Positions 53,119-64,000 of a DNA stretch of 64,000 nucleotides are shown one piece after another. Location: contig JABANN010000095.1 of the NCBI GenBank assembly GCA_013115125.1, forward strand, positions 1 through 64,000. Reading direction: 5' to 3'. Each line of letters opens with the position of its first letter. Positions within the stretch are counted from its first letter, which is position 1. The notes under the pieces were generated by a model that saw only the letters and a list, made by a program, of their open reading frames with translations, searched no databases and was not told the DNA's origin. The DNA comes from Perkinsus olseni. Its lineage: Eukaryota. The translations under genes were made by a program, and so were the position numbers.

Positions 53119-53457
53119 TCACGGGCGCCCTGGCCCAGAAACGACCAGTGGCAAGAACATCATGATGAGCAGGGTATACAGTGACGAGGAATTATGAACG
53201 AAGCGTGTACTTCTACGGTTCACGAATAATTCAGGGAAGATCGCGAGGCTTCAAGGGGACGATCATTCATCGTCTTGAACCCTGGCGATTCCTCTAAGAT
53301 GTTCAGCGCGGGATTTTCTCGCTCGCCATTCCGATCGATTTGTCGAGCGGCTCAGTCTGCGCCTTCACCTACAACAGTGCCATTAAGATCCTTGTGAATC
53401 TAGGCCGCACTGAAGAGTAGTGCAGGAATAGACTCGCGTTACCACTCGCCACAGCCA

Positions 53458-54823
53458 ATGACCACATCTCTATTTCAGAGTAAGTTTTCTTTCGCTGTCA
53501 ATCCAATGCAAACGGTCGCTGCTGTCGCGCTACTCGAAGCTTGGCTTCATATCTGTCGTGAATGCTCGACACTCCTGCCGAATGCCCTGGCTAAAACGGT
53601 CACCATGCCTGTCGAGGATGGGTTCGTCACTGTTGAGATAGACGGGCAAGAAGTAGAGCTACTATTGGATACTGGCTTTTACGGCATGTCTGTCATGGAC
53701 GGCAGATGGTATAAGCGAAAGTATGGCAGAGAAGCGTGCGATCGGTGGGGTTCGGGCTGCTACTTCTGCACGAAGAAGGCGCCTTGTAAGTTCAAGAATG
53801 CAAAAGAAAAGATAACTGAGACCTTCGTGGACAACTCTTCCATCGAGAGCCTACCACGCGACGGCGCCCTGCTCGTGCATGGCCATGGACTTGTCGACGT
53901 CAATTTCATGGTCTCGAGACACACAGTCTGGACTGACAAAGGAACTATGCGGTGGGGCTATTTCGGTATCTCGAGGTCTCCACCAGATGTCGACTACATA
54001 TGAGAGTTTACTCGACACTTTATTTCGGGAAAATGTGGTAGGACGACTTTCGTATACTCTTCGGACTAATACCAGCCAGGATGCCAACTTCATATCGGGG
54101 AACCTCACATTAGGAGAAACGATAAACGAGTCTGAGGCGGGCCAATATATATACACAAAGTTTGTCTTCTCCCCGAGCCATCACCGAGCATTGACCGCTG
54201 TGTTCGTGTACTCGTTGGGGCTGTTTGATGAGGCGGGGAATCTGAAGTCGAAGGAAGGGCTCACTCACCGAGGTCCAGGCTCATACTTGGCAATCGTGGA
54301 TACGGGGACAAATGGTTTATACCTGCCTAGGCTGAATTTGGTGGAGGACATGTTGAGGAGCCTTCAAGTAAAACTCAGGCGGAAAGGCTACAGCAAAGAA
54401 CGAATATCCCAGTTGTGGAGAAGGGACAGAAACGGCTTCCTTCACGTTAAGGTAGAAGCTGTCTCCTTCTTGCCCGTGCTAGGGCTTGCAATTACCGAGG
54501 GACCCGGGGCTCTAGTTGTGAAGATACGTCCAAAACATTACTGTGTCAAGCTTGTAGATGGGTAAGTTGTGGTCAACGTGCAGTACCATGCCAATGCTGT
54601 CCTGGGTACACCATTCTTCACGGCTCACACTGTTCATGTCGATTATACCGACCAATGGTCGGTTGCAGCTGGGAATCCCAGCTGCTGCTGCAGATCGCCG
54701 GTTGCCGAAGCAGCTTCCACGCAGCCGATGCCCACTCCTCGTTCCAATAATAATGTGAATGGAAGGCCGCGCGCAGGGGTTTGTCCGGCTCACTCCACAA
54801 ACGCAAAACACGTCGTTCGATAG
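53458..54823 (+). pseudogene. Pepsin-like (A1) aspartic protease with a frameshift (~53975-54000) and an in-frame TAA (54563-54565)
   Basis: Two catalytic motifs, LLLDTGFYG and AIVDTGTNG, lie in different frames. VLGTPFF..HTVHVDY continues in frame after the TAA. Confidence 0.8.
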
Positions 54824-55063
54824 GTGGGGGTTCTTCCGTCGAACAACGAACATCAGAAGGACAACATGACACCCATGAACTGCCGTGGAGCTCCTTCGAC
54901 GAGAAATCCCCCCTGTACTGGAGAGGTCCCTTGCTATCGCTCCGGTCTATGTCGTCAAACGAGCACATTCAGGCCGTCCTGGCTGACGCTGCGGATAACC
55001 TTCAGGCCAAGGACAGTAGAGTCGGTAGCTGCTAAGGCGTGGAGACACTCAGCCGAGTCGTCC

Positions 55064-58000
55064 TCACCAACCGAGACTATTCGATCGCCTATCATGAGCT
55101 GAAATGAATATCCGTCCTATATCGAATGCTCGGGCCACCAGACGGACCTCACTGCTGCCACTATTGGAGATTCCCGTCACGACGCCGGTAGAGCCCTCGA
55201 AAGATACGCCCCATGGGTCTTCTGCTGCTTTCCGTGTTACAACTACTGGGACCAGGACCGGCGTTGGGGATCCTGCAGGGACAGTGATTTCCGGCAGTCT
55301 CAGGCTCAACGCTTGTCCTACCCAACAGGAGCGATGGAACCTTTCCCGGTCCGCTCCGAATGACGACTAGGTCCACACCCTCGGCCGCAGAATTCATGAG
55401 AGCTCGCAACACCCCTTCGAAGTTCCAATCGAATGCATCTCCTGAGGAGCAGCTGCCTGGGGATCAAATCCCTCCATTTCTCACCATGATTGACCTTGGC
55501 TGCCATGACTTCGTCCCCCTCCCTGATCTCGTCACTCCCCCACGCCGGTGACCCTCCGACCACGCCAGCGACGACCGCAGCGGCGTTGCCAGAGTTGGAG
55601 AGCGGCAGGCCCCAGCGGATGTCTGTGCTCTCACGAGCCAGGGTGATGTGGACCTGCAGACCTCCCGCGTCGGAGTGGCGCCCTCGAATGATGACTTACC
55701 GGCCGGTCAGCTGCAGCAGAGTAGAGCTGTAGGAGCAGCTCCCGAGCTGCAGATCTCGATGTGATATCGGGCCTACGAGCTCACCAGCAGTGTTGGAGCA
55801 TATCGACACTACAGCTCACCCAATGGTATCTTGGCCCTGCTGACATGCTCGAGCATAGCCTGTCCTGAGGAGCTCCCTCTCCACTATTCGCGGGTCGTCC
55901 TCCACCACCGTCGGCTGATCAGCTCCCCCGCCATCAGTGACGCGACTGTCCAGCTCCTCCTGCTCAGGCGATGTTGTGTCCTCAACTTCTCCAACCTCAT
56001 CCATCCGCTCCCGCATCGCAGGCTTCTCCACATCTGCTTGTGAATCCTCGTTGGCACGTTCATCAGCCCTCTCCAATTCGATGAGGTTCTCATGCCGCCC
56101 CACGACTCGAGAGCTCGGAAGCATCTTAGGAATCGGCGGCAGCAAAGGCGGCGGCCTAGACAGTGCTCTCGGTCGCCGTTCGATCGCTTCTGCAGCAACT
56201 CCGTCAACACAGCGGACCTGAACGCATCGACATCAGATACCATTACTCAAGCAATGGCTTCTCTCACCAGCTGCACAGTTATTGTCCTCGGTCCGGCAGC
56301 CCGCAGCTCCGCCGCTATCTCCCTCATGGCACTGCCTGAGACAACAGACGTAGCGGCGATCAGGTGGAGGACAGCACCCACCGCTGCCATTCACTGAGAC
56401 CAGACAGTCGCCGACACACAGAGGCGGTACTGCCGACAATGACGGGCCCGACAACTTCTTCACCTGAGATCATCGTGGAGGAGCTCAAAACCGAAGAGAC
56501 CAAACTCTCGCTACCCCTACCAGGCGATCAGGGGATAGGGTGATACCCCAGAAGTCCTGTTTGGGCTCTCTCGAGATGGTCGCAGTGTAGATTTGCACCT
56601 GCACTTCCAAGTACTGCTCCGACGGGGGTGGGCCGACGTCATACTTGTGCGTTCCTCCTCACGAGCACCAAGCGAGCAGCTGTTGCAGTAGAAAGGTTGA
56701 AGAGCAGAGAGGCGCCCGCCTGGCCATTCGCCGACTGGACCTTCGCCAAACGACACCGTGATGGAGGCGACGGCAGGGCACGAGACACTCACAACGTCAT
56801 CTTCGCGCATGCCACTCCTCGATACTCGTTCCTCGTCGATAGCGGTGACCTTCAGACTAGTCGGATCGACTTGGAACCCCCAGGGGTGCATCAGGCTCCG
56901 GCGGAAAACGCTGACCTCGAACCTCCACGGCATGGACTCAACCGGTCCCTGAAGGGGGGGGGGGTCCGCAGCTGGACTAAAGTAACAGGAAAGTACATTT
57001 TCTAGTAGCCGAGGAGAGATGGATCTGCCGCTCGGCTCAGTCGCTCCATCATCATCACCGCTGCCGTCTGCAAGACTTGAAGCTACACGAGTTGGCGAAG
57101 TTGTGGTATTACTTTTCGGCCGAACCAAGACGTGCGTTATCTCACCAGCCCTGTGTGAAGTGGAAATAACGTGGCACCTAGTACCATAAATTACGCAACT
57201 CCTCTGGAGGAATCGACAGCAGCAGCAGCTCACCCAGGCTCGACCTTTCGCTGCTGACTAGCCGTCCTATTGTATGCGCAAACAGTTCCACCATGCTTGA
57301 CAAGGGTGACGACACCATCAACGAGCGCCATGCTGCCAGCTTCAACCTCGGATACCGTGAGGGTGAAGGGCGTAAGCCTGAGTCAGCGAAGCGTCGACAA
57401 CCTTGTCTGGCCGGCGCCTCAGTCACCCGGCATTCTTAACGAAAGTTAACTGGATGTCCATCTCTCCGGTCAAGGCTGCGGTGATCGCCTCGGGCTCGGT
57501 GTTCCCATTACACGCTAGGAGCCTCGAGAAAGCCTCTGAGGGAACAGTGAAGCCCGACGCTGTAGTTGGGCTCCTTACCAACTCCCGAGGCCGCCGCGAT
57601 CGACCCGCTGACGACATCCTTCACCACCCGACAGCCGTAGGCCGAGTAAAGGTGGTCATCCCAAGTAAACCCCCACCTGTCGAGAGTGCCTGTCGAACAG
57701 ATATCTCTTCGGCCACTCGGACGGACTCCGGTCATCCAACTCGCTGAGTTGCATCGTCGAGAAAGTCCTTACTTTCCCTATGTAGGAAGAGAGTATTGGT
57801 CGCCGGGCCGTACGTAAGTCCACTGCAGCCGCAGGACTCTCGGCCTTCCACCCTCGATGGTCCCTCGGGTCTGGAGGAGAGGAAACCATCGGCCATCAGG
57901 TACGTCAGGGGTGCTCTGTATTCCGCTCATGTTTGGCAGCCTCGTCCGGATGCACCCGCCTGCCTCTCACCTCGGATTATCGCTCGTTGAGAGGCTGTTG

Positions 58001-58924
58001 ACTTCCCCACCCGGACCCCCGCGGGAGGCCGGTCGGGTAATACCAAGCTGAATCGAGGAGGTCGCCACCTTCAGTAGTGATAGAACCCCAGCTACCTTTA
58101 GTGGCCTCCGGCTCCGTAACATCAGAATGATGTGCGCCTGCATGGTGCAGTCCACGGGCATATCTAAGCGCACAGCGAAGAAATGGCAAGCGGACGGTCG
58201 AAGCTTACCAGATATAGAATCTAAAATATCCCCCGGTCGCATTCCCATCCTCCTTGACGCTGTTTCAAACTCCACTCGCTGCACTCGAACCCGGTCATCG
58301 CAGTGGCTCCAGTCGAACGTCGCTCCAATACCTGCAGCCTTGCATGACCTCCTCCCGAATGGCTTCGCTTGTCATCACCAGTGGAAGACCTATCAGGAGG
58401 CTCAGTCAGTCTCATCCACAGCTGCTGCCCTTCGCCGCCGCCGCCCCACGATCTGGCTTTTGACGTCACTACCGACTTGGCAGGAGCCAGCGGCCCGCCA
58501 ACAGCGGAGGGGGGGCTGCTGGGGTCTACAACACAGGAAGGTTCAGCGCGGAGATCCTAGAAATATCAAGTTAAGATGATGAGTAATACGAAAGACGATG
58601 CGTTTGGGTTCAACCCTCGGTCCTTCCATGAGCCACTGCTTTCATCGGTACTAGAGCCCCCAGGCGTTTAACGATCCTTTCTACGAGCACTACTAGGGGT
58701 TGCAATAGCTGTGGAAAGGCGCTAGCGTCTCTCGCCCGGAAGACATCATATGATAGCTACACGCCATCGCCATGTAGCGGTGCCGCGCTAACACAGTTAC
58801 ACTGGAGCCCCGTACTGACAGTCAGCATCGGCCGCTCTGTCGCTCCTGCTCCTTTGATCAGCTGAAAACGATAGCGGAATGAAGAAGGTTTCGGCGGCGT
58901 TGAGGTCACGATCGTTCCCACCAT
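55064..58924 (-). CDS. Multi-exon protein with several PDZ-like repeats
   Basis: Recurrent (P)WG[FV]x motifs followed by V..V..GS.A..G[ML]R.[GD]D: RWGFTWD..VKDVVSGSIAAASG; PWGFQVDP..VTAID..GMREDDVV; GMRPGDILDSI; SPAW..IREGDEV; PWGVSFEG..VTGIS. Boundaries approximate. Confidence 0.55.
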
Positions 58925-59099
58925 ATTTCTTCTTCTTCTTCTTCCGCTCTTTCTCTCTACGTCGCTCCTCGCTTGCCTTCTCAAAAGCCTCGACAGCCTG
59001 AGTTCAAACGGATGCGACGAACACAAGGCCTGTGCTTGGACGCTGAGAATCCTATCTCGCAGCTCGGTCACGATACGAATAGCACCGAGAGATCGCGCC

Positions 59100-60793
59100 G
59101 GCCTCTCAGCTGACCTCGAGCTCCTTTCTTTCCATCTCCCTCATCTTCATGTAGTGTGCGTGTAGAAGCCTTTTCAAATGGCTGACTTGAGGGTCTCCAG
59201 CTTGGTAGCCAGGCTGACACGACGCACGATGCCGCCAAAATTCAAACTGCCCCAAGACCAGAGCCAATCACAAATACGGAGCGAGCGGTAGTCTCTATCG
59301 AGAGCGGTCACTCAGGACCATGAAGGCCACCCGACTTGACCCACCTTCGACAAGCACTGCACGATAGTCCTGATGGGGCTTGTCACCCCTGGCACTATCG
59401 AGTCAACCTGAGGAGAGGCTGGCCACCCAGAGAGGAGGGAGTTCTAGCCTCACCGTGAAGGCTTCCTCAGGGTCCTCCTCGGGCGCCGGTCGTGGTGACA
59501 CCTTATCGCATCGCAGTACTTCCTCGAAGAGCAGCTGGTCGTCGATACCTGCCAAGCCAACCATAATAATCACCATTAGACGTACTGATCACTATCGGGA
59601 CAGAAGTGTGTGATCACTGACTCATGAGTAAGTGCATAGAGAGAACTGTCCGAGACCATTGGGAACTCCAAGGACCCGATCGACTAGTGCAACTCCCTAT
59701 TTGGGAGTTCTAGTAGCCAGTCGAGTGCTCAGTCCTGCCGAGTCTCACGCAGTGGCAGCCATAGGTCGGTCCTGGTTCTTATCCACCCATCATCAACGTC
59801 AGCGGCCTCCACGATCTGCCCTCCACGGACGCCTTCCGAGCACTCTGAAGGACCTCGCGGATCGCCAAACGCTCGACTGACTGCCGCCCTACTGTCATCG
59901 ATATTCGGTGAGCTTCTAAAGGCAACTCCATCACGAACAAGACATACGAATTTCCTATTTCCCACAGAAGCACTCTGCGGCTGATCCTCCCCCACAGTCT
60001 TCGTTTCACCCATCGCCACACCTCCGGACGAGAAACCGTGGCTGCTACCACTGAACCACGGTGGTTCCGTGGGCCAAGCGCTTCGTCTGAGGAAGTCGAC
60101 ACTGGCAACCATCAGCTGATGCAAGGCTCCCACTTCTTCTTTTTTCGACCCTTCAGTGCTTCTGTCCTTCTGATAAATAGGTCGAGGTAAACTGGAGCAC
60201 TCTCGTCCGAGAAGGTGGTCCACCAACCAGCTGGCTTCCCTTCACTTCCCACAGGAACCATGAAGGCCTGAAGGCGGCCCTCGCGAGCTGGCCCTCATCA
60301 CAACACGCACACCCTACCGCAACACACGCCTGGTAATATTTCCTGCATGGCAAGCCAAGAACGGTGGCATCAGTTCCGCTGTAGGCAGCCGCGGCGTCGC
60401 CGGAAACTCGCCCAGTTCGAGCGTCGATGCACCTCCAGGATCCACCTAGGCCAGAAACTGTGACCACAGCGGTTCAGCGTGATGACCTTCTTGCTTCACA
60501 CACAAGGCGTAGGCCCGAGGCTTCAAAGTCGAGAAAGGCGGCGATGACGATACGGACTCGCTCCAGCTCGCGCAGGTATCTTGGAGCCCGACTGGACAGT
60601 TCCACTCCCTCCCGCTGGCCCATTGAATGTGAAGAGTGCCTCGTACGGGCTGTACCTGTCGCTATGGTGTGCGTGCCATACCACACCATTCCCATCTCAC
60701 AACAGGGGGTCGGGGTCTCGGCAGTGGTAAACACCCAGGCGTAGGTCCCCGTTCAACCCGTATATCATCGTTGAGCGCAACTGCGGGTGCCAT
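59100..60793 (-). CDS. Hypothetical multi-exon protein with an SH3b-like segment
   Basis: KFVCLVRDGVAFRSSP...VRGGQIVEAADVDDGWIRTRTDLWLPL resembles a bacterial-type SH3 pattern. Exon structure only partly resolved. Confidence 0.35.
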
Positions 60794-60894
60794 GGTCTGC
60801 TATGCTGTAAATATCAAGTAACGCAACCCCTGACCACAGAAGTTGGGCGAAATGTGGTATCACCGCTACCGGCCACGAGGACAGGCAAAGCCCG

Positions 60895-61080
60895 AGCTAA
60901 TTGACCACAAAAGACTCCCTGTGTCTCTCATACAAGATTCGACCACTTCGTGATTCATGCAGATCGGCGTCCCTCAACGCCATCCTCAAGCACCGACTAG
61001 CCCACATAATACACCCCGAGGTGCTTGCTCGCTGGTGTGATATCTACCCCTCCAATTTCACACGAACGTCCTAACCATGT
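60895..61080 (+). repeat. Diverged ~185-bp direct repeat, copy 1
   Basis: AGCTAATTGACCACAAAAGACT..CCTCAAGCAcCGACTAGC..TTCACACGAA..ACCATGT is shared with 63786-63963. Confidence 0.8.
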
Positions 61081-61551
61081 ACCGCGGGGAAAGCGGGAAG
61101 GACTTTACTAAGTGGACGGCTCCAGGTTTCACACTGACGGTGTTGTGCGAAGAATTTCTAGTGCCCGGGACTCGAAATTTTCATTGGTCGCGTTTGAGAT
61201 GGAATTTAAGTCTTCACTGCATCACCATCAGATCGGCCATGAAAGATTTACTGTGAGAAATTTTCACTGGAAAACCACAAATTGATTTTCCTCATCCCAT
61301 CTCGCGCGCCTCCATGAACACATTGGCATGATCATGGCAATCACCGCCACCGCTCGCCCGTGACCGGTCGCGTCACCCCCGGCGCGGTGACGCCGGATCC
61401 TTCAATGAACGTCGTTTACTGCTCCTTACCTTGATGTCACAATCGCGCTCCATGTCTCCATTTAGTCGGCCAAATCCCGACAGCTTCTGCCGATGCACCT
61501 CTCATTAATGTCAGCTCTGACAAAGGCTTTTCAATCAAACCTTTCCTTCCA

Positions 61552-62403
61552 ATGAGCACCTCCATCCCGACTTGCTTGGCAGTCATTCAAGCTGTGCTCA
61601 TCGTCACGACGGCTCTGGAGCCTGGTACGTACATCTACGAGGCAGTAGACTGTACTATAGCCTTCGAAGTGGACGAGAATTTCAACGCTACACTTATCGT
61701 CGAGTCACATTTCAAACCTGGAGCTTCTGGCATGGACTTCTCACTTCCTTTGAGCTTGCCTCCAGTGCCACTGGTGAGCGACGATGGCAATAAAACATAT
61801 TCCTACGACTTGCAAAGGGCGGATCCTCACCTGCCTTCGAGTCACCTGTTCGATATGATCAAGCTTGTTTTTAGTGCTGCCGGGTGGGTCGACATGGATG
61901 ACGACACCTTTCCACCAGCTGGTACTAAGACAGAAGACTTCACTGTTATCACTCACGTGGACCCCAACGCCATTTCCATCAAGTTCCGGGGAGAGCCGAT
62001 CATCCTCATGAAAAATGGGCGAAATGTGGTGGCTGGTAAATACGTATACAAGTCACCTACCCCTCCTAAGTTCAAGTTGGTTTATAAGATACGCCATGAT
62101 GGTGGTGTGAGGATACGAGCTAAATGTGGAAAGCGTGGCACTCCTCGCTTCCACTTCCAGCTGTTCGATCACTTTGGGCCGGGCGACATCTCCAAGTACT
62201 ACACCGTGGAGCCCAAAGTGCTAAAGGCTAGGAGCAAGCAATATGTCTGGGACGATGTATTGGAGTGGGTCTTGCGTGCTTGTCCGGAGAGATCACGCTA
62301 TTTACAGCCCGACGACCTCAAGCGAGTTGTCGTTGCCAATAAGACAACGATTTTTGTGCTATTCCGTGAATCTCGTCTTGGTCTCACCAGAGTCTCCCCG
62401 TAA
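61552..62403 (+). CDS. Secreted lineage-specific protein (signal peptide plus two related beta-rich halves)
   Basis: Intronless 283-aa ORF with a hydrophobic N-terminus. PGTYIYE and AGKYVYK open the two halves. Paralog of 32329-33149. Confidence 0.8.
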   Translation: MSTSIPTCLAVIQAVLIVTTALEPGTYIYEAVDCTIAFEVDENFNATLIVESHFKPGASGMDFSLPLSLPPVPLVSDDGNKTYSYDLQRADPHLPSSHLFDMIKLVFSAAGWVDMDDDTFPPAGTKTEDFTVITHVDPNAISIKFRGEPIILMKNGRNVVAGKYVYKSPTPPKFKLVYKIRHDGGVRIRAKCGKRGTPRFHFQLFDHFGPGDISKYYTVEPKVLKARSKQYVWDDVLEWVLRACPERSRYLQPDDLKRVVVANKTTIFVLFRESRLGLTRVSP

Positions 62404-63182
62404 ATCGTTCATTGAATGACTTGTGGGCATTTTTTTCTCGAGCACCCAGAGCCCCAGGGGCCCGAGGAGCATCGTGCCGCATACTCTCCGCTGATTGTTG
62501 TTTCACTACTAGCAGATTGGGTGAGGGACTATTCTCGTCACTATTGAATGACGCTACCGTAAAGTACCCGTTTCAGACTTTTCTTACTCAATACGAGAAG
62601 CGCTTTTAACTTCCCGCGTTACCCGTTTGATAATTCTGGTGACTTAGGGTACACAATGAGCCATGTTTGTCGCGTTTAGCCAAGTGCTAGTAGATCTGAG
62701 ACGGGCTGAGATCGGGACTTACGGGGCTTTTTTCTTAGCTATGCTACGACTGGGCTCGCTCAGCGATTCCAATCGGCACCTTCCCAGAAAAAATACCGAT
62801 TTACGTTGTACTCGAAAGTACATTGTACTCGGTGGTCGGAAATGATAGAGGCTAGACCAGCTCAGACTCTACAAAGAAGGCGAAACCATATAAGGAGGCC
62901 AACGAAGCAAACACCGGCAGTCAGGCCTTTGGAGTGAAGCTCCAAAGGTATACTGTCGATAGCAAATGGTCGAATGCTGTGAAGTTTGGACGCCTCACCA
63001 CCTATGATAGTGTCTAGTTATCGTAGGCGTACCAACACGGTTGGATGAAGGCCCGATCCTGGGGCAAGTAGATCAAGTGTTAGATAGTGTTTGAGGCAGA
63101 GGCGTCGAGACTTCTTTGTTTGTTCATCTTATACTATGGTCGCCTTCTGGCGATGTTATGGTATACTCGACGGTGGTATATT

Positions 63183-63204
63183 GATGATGATGATGATGAT
63201 GATG
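63183..63204. repeat. (GAT)n microsatellite
   Basis: About 7 units. Confidence 0.9.
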
Positions 63205-63785
63205 CCTGCGTGCTCAATTATGATTTTCCACTTGTTGAAGTGGTCCCGTGGTTATAACTAAGGGCTCCTGGGAGCGGGAACTTTTACTGTGAATCTTCCC
63301 TGGGCAGCGGAAGAGGTACTTGCCAGACCTAAGGCCTGGTTACCAGGCGCTTAGGACAGCAAAACCTCTGGTCTCCGAGATGAGGCGCAGTAGCTCCCTT
63401 ACGTCGGTAAGGTGAGCAGGACCTCGTGACGCCAGCAGGGAACGCGAAGACAAACTGTGCCGAGGCCGACGGCGATGCTACAAATGGCAATAGCGGTACG
63501 GCATGCACAAGCTACCACTCGAAGACCTCGGGAGAACGGCGCCCGTCTAATCATGCCGTTATCGAGCACCTGACAGCTCCAGCCGATACTCATGGGTCAT
63601 GAGTCATGGCACTAGCCTGCTTGCGTGGGAGGCACAACCGGAATACGAGATGGCCCGATGTGCGCACAATATAACATTGCGCCGGTTTTAACCTAGATAT
63701 TATCTCCTACGGCCGTTCTCGAGCCCCTAGAAGGCTCCCCATTTCTCCACCATGTCGAGTGCATCATAACTGTACAATACCCGAC

Positions 63786-63963
63786 AGCTAATTGACCACA
63801 AAAGACTTCCTGTATCTCACACAAGCGTCGACCACCATCTCATGCTGATTCATGCGTGAGATACTCCCATCCCGGAGCCAACTAGCCTCAAGCATCGACT
63901 AGCTCACCCGAGTCCCAACTGGCTGACATCCGCTGCAACTTCACACGAAGTTCCTGACCATGT
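63786..63963 (+). repeat. Diverged ~185-bp direct repeat, copy 2
   Basis: Colinear blocks shared with 60895-61080. Confidence 0.8.
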
Positions 63964-64000
63964 GGCGTGGCAGCACCGCCTTCTCCCGGGCCCGAACACT

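Noticed and set aside
53970-54003. Programmed +1 frameshift at AGGT joining the two aspartic protease frames
   Set aside because: AGG-type frameshifting is reported for Perkinsus mitochondrial genes. This gene is nuclear and also has an in-frame TAA, so decay is the simpler explanation.

Overview
Eukaryotic, intron-rich nuclear DNA with short GT-AG introns (mostly ~40-70 nt). Gene content and style suggest a perkinsid alveolate (Perkinsus-like); this is inference. Housekeeping genes: complete PRP8 (-), CDC5/CEF1 (-), UGGT (-), a HisC-like aminotransferase with an apparent mitochondrial presequence (-), a mitochondrial phosphate carrier (-), a large BK/Slo-type K+ channel (+), an EF-hand gene (+) and a PDZ-like repeat gene (-). 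Secreted or accessory genes: S1/P1 nuclease, purple acid phosphatase with one in-frame TGA, a disrupted aspartic protease, two paralogs of a lineage-specific secreted family (one disrupted) and a tiny 6-Cys prepropeptide. Mobile DNA: a non-autonomous Mutator-type element (TIRs, 9-bp TSD, perfect 57-bp palindrome, tRNA-like segment) and decayed LINE fragments in introns. The most unusual signals are a 141-bp, 95%-identical element in sense orientation in introns of two unrelated genes, tRNA-like sequences abutting splice sites, the Cys-rich micropeptide and a tandemly duplicated mini-exon. Exon boundaries were inferred by eye.
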